IMG/VR virus record: IMGVR_UViG_3300036784_000078 | Span: 3,442-67,441 of that record | DNA from: a virus | Taxonomy: Duplodnaviria > Caudoviricetes | DNA length: 64,000 nucleotides | Direction: 5' to 3' (one strand) | In this document: positions 62,096-64,000 of the stretch, one piece after another | Numbering within the stretch: position 1 is the stretch's first letter | Layout of the letters: every line of letters starts with the position of its first letter | Translations under genes and position numbers: made by a program | Notes under the pieces: generated by a model | The model's database searches: none | What the model was told of the DNA's origin: nothing | Seen by the model: only the letters and a program-made list of their open reading frames with translations

Positions 62096-62472
62096 TGTCC
62101 GACTGCCTCCGCGAACCGGTATGTGGGAAAGGGGATCGGCTCGCCGTCGGCATCGAGATCGCCGGCGTCCCGCGCATCGGCAAGCTCGGCGGCGGCCACC
62201 TCGGCCGCGTCGGCCAGCGTTTCCTCCGCGTAGGCCAGCAGCCACACGCGCAATGCTTCGATGCTCGAGCGGGGCAGCGCGCCGCGCAGCTCGCCCACCT
62301 CGTCCTCCCACTGGTCGGCGACCTGATCGGCGACACCGGCCGCCAGCTTCATCAGGTCGGTGCGGAGGGAAATGTCGCCGAGGAAGTCGGTATCGGCAAT
62401 CGCGCGGCCGACCAACTCGTCGAGGCTCGGCGCGAAGCGGAGGGAATTGTGCGGGGCGGTGAGTGCTTGCAT
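62092..62472 (-). CDS. Acidic hypothetical protein
   Basis: SD AGGAG; first gene of the leftward chain. Confidence 0.6.
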   Translation of the reverse strand: MQALTAPHNSLRFAPSLDELVGRAIADTDFLGDISLRTDLMKLAAGVADQVADQWEDEVGELRGALPRSSIEALRVWLLAYAEETLADAAEVAAAELADARDAGDLDADGEPIPFPTYRFAEAVGQ

Positions 62473-62589
62473 CTGGATTGCTCCTAGGTAGTGTTGGGGC
62501 GGGCATTGCTGCCGGTGAGCACAGGCTTACCGTGCTGTCCGCCCGCAAGTCCACGACTATCTTGCAATTCGGTGAAGGTATTTTCGGCG

Positions 62590-62829
62590 ATGGCGATGGC
62601 TGACGATGAGTTCCGCAGCGTGATCAACCGGCTGGGCTGGTCCTATGAAATCGCCGCCGACCGAGCGGGCCGGTCCTACTCCCGGTTTCGCAAGATCGCC
62701 TCCGGCCGCGATCCCGTCGACCCGGCGCTCGAGCGCTGGCTGCGCGCTCTGGTCGCGATCCTCGACACCCCGCCTGCACCGCTGCCGCGCAACCTGCCCG
62801 AGGATGAGATAGCCGCGCCGCCGCTGTAG
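62590..62829 (+). CDS. Small HTH protein
   Basis: FRSVINRLGWSYEIAADRAGRS..FRKIASG; start 62590 or 62596. Confidence 0.65.
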   Translation: MAMADDEFRSVINRLGWSYEIAADRAGRSYSRFRKIASGRDPVDPALERWLRALVAILDTPPAPLPRNLPEDEIAAPPL

Positions 62830-62941
62830 GGCCGCCAGCGCCGGGGAGCGCGCGGGGGCTACGGCAGGGCCGGCAAAGCCGCCGCCGCCGCGTGCGCCCA
62901 CGACGCGCCAGGGACGGCCCATGAACCGCGGAGGGCATGCG

Positions 62942-64000
62942 ATGCCAGCTTGGCCGGCCGCCGAGATCTTCATGCGCGCGCCGGGAACCCTCGTCCCCTA
63001 TGGGCGCAACCCGCGCACGCACTCGGCCGAGCAGATCGATCAGATCGCGGCGTCGATCAAGCGGTTCGGCTTCACCATCCCGATCCTGGCCGACGAGAAC
63101 GCCCAGGTGATCGCCGGGCACGCCCGTCTGGCGGCGGCAATCCGTCTGTCGCTCGCCAAGGTGCCGGTGATGATCGCCCGCGGGTGGACGCCGGCGCAGA
63201 AGCGCGCTTACGTCATCGCCGACAATAAGCTCTCGATGAACTCAGCCTGGGACGACGCATTGTTGCGCCTCGAGCTGGGCGAGTTACGCCTCGAGGGCTT
63301 CGACCTCGCGCTGACCGGCTTCGGCGAGGGCGAGCTTGCCGGTATCTTTGCCGATCGCACCGCCGGGCTGACCGATCCCGACGACGTGCCGGAGGTGCCG
63401 GACGAGCCGGTCTCGCGGCGCGGTGACGTGTGGATCATGGCCGCCCACCGGCTGGTCTGCGGCGACGCGACGAGCAAGGCCGATGTGGCGCTCTCCCTCG
63501 GCGACGCGCGCCCGCATCTCATGGTGACCGATCCGCCTTATGGGGTGGATTATGATCCGAACTGGCGGAATGAACGGGGGATCAACGCCGGTGGTGCTGT
63601 AGGCAGAGTGACCAACGACGACCGCGCGGACTGGCGCAAAGCGTGGCTGTTGTTCCCAGGAGACGTGGCCTATGTCTGGCATGCGGGTCTGCAAGCCAGA
63701 CCGGCGTGCGAAAGCCTCGAAGCGGCCGGTTTCCGGCTGCGAGCCCAAATTATCTGGGTCAAAGCCGGTCTCATCATCGGCCGCGGCGATTATCATTTCC
63801 AGCACGAGCCTTGCTGGTATGTCGTGCGCGACGGGAAGACCGGTCATTGGGGAGGCCGGCGCGATCAGGCGACGGTCTGGGAGATCGCGCACCGGAAGTC
63901 CGAGACCGGGCATAGCACGCAAAAGCCCACCGAGTGCATGCGCCGCCCGATCGAAAACAACAGCGCTGCGGGCGACGCCGTCTACGACCCGTTCGTCGGC
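62942..64000 (+). CDS. ParB-like N-terminal domain + DNA N4/N6 methyltransferase (3'-truncated; missing from the ORF track)
   Basis: Own translation: PYGRNPRTHSAEQIDQIAASIKRFGF..IAGHARL..ADNKL..HRLVCGD..VTDPPYG..HSTQKP; SD GGAGG. Confidence 0.92.
   Translation, partial: MPAWPAAEIFMRAPGTLVPYGRNPRTHSAEQIDQIAASIKRFGFTIPILADENAQVIAGHARLAAAIRLSLAKVPVMIARGWTPAQKRAYVIADNKLSMNSAWDDALLRLELGELRLEGFDLALTGFGEGELAGIFADRTAGLTDPDDVPEVPDEPVSRRGDVWIMAAHRLVCGDATSKADVALSLGDARPHLMVTDPPYGVDYDPNWRNERGINAGGAVGRVTNDDRADWRKAWLLFPGDVAYVWHAGLQARPACESLEAAGFRLRAQIIWVKAGLIIGRGDYHFQHEPCWYVVRDGKTGHWGGRRDQATVWEIAHRKSETGHSTQKPTECMRRPIENNSAAGDAVYDPFVG

Noticed and set aside
1-64000. Genome-wide stop-codon reassignment
   Set aside because: TAA, TAG and TGA all end well-supported genes, and core genes are full length under code 11; only one in-frame TGA (40517) was seen
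1-64000. tRNA, rRNA or ribozyme genes
   Set aside because: No cloverleaf with a T-loop GTTCRA in a plausible intergenic context and no hammerhead core seen by eye; tRNAscan/Infernal were not run

Overview
The window is a nearly complete, GC-rich (about two-thirds GC by eye) tailed-phage genome with a contractile tail. It opens inside the terminase large subunit and ends inside a ParB-methyltransferase gene, which in related phages usually lies just upstream of the terminases, so it looks circularly permuted. GcrA-like, GapR-like, WGR and DUF3309 genes point to an alphaproteobacterial host. About 1-39.6 kb is the virion module: DUF1073 portal, MuF-like protein, DUF2213, cement protein, DUF2184 capsid, DUF4054, DUF3383 sheath, DUF3277 tube, tape measure with a lysozyme domain, baseplate and fibres. 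It is interrupted by five free-standing homing endonucleases and several morons. About 39.7-47.1 kb is a leftward early/recombination module (WGR, GcrA, ParB, MarR, ERF, HNH). About 47.5-54.5 kb is a rightward regulation/replication module (tandem Cro-like, GapR/RMF-like, RuvC-like, methyltransferase, initiator with iterons, Q-like), followed by a tnpB-only IS200/IS605 element and accessory genes. The most unusual observations are these. (1) The DUF2213 head protein is fused to an intact R-S-ExE ADP-ribosyltransferase, followed by a coupled acidic ORF and a terminator, and the scaffold half is a separate gene. (2) Three core virion genes appear to start at ATC/ATT codons behind strong SD sequences. 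(3) The head module contains a PEP-CTERM surface protein. (4) The intact TnpB element sits exactly at a stop codon and its TAM and guide can be inferred. (5) Homing-endonuclease genes have leaderless-type promoters. (6) Two small proteins resemble Acb2/Tad1 helical hairpins. No integrase, CI repressor, endolysin, tRNA or CRISPR array was recognised. All family names come from recalled motifs, not database searches.
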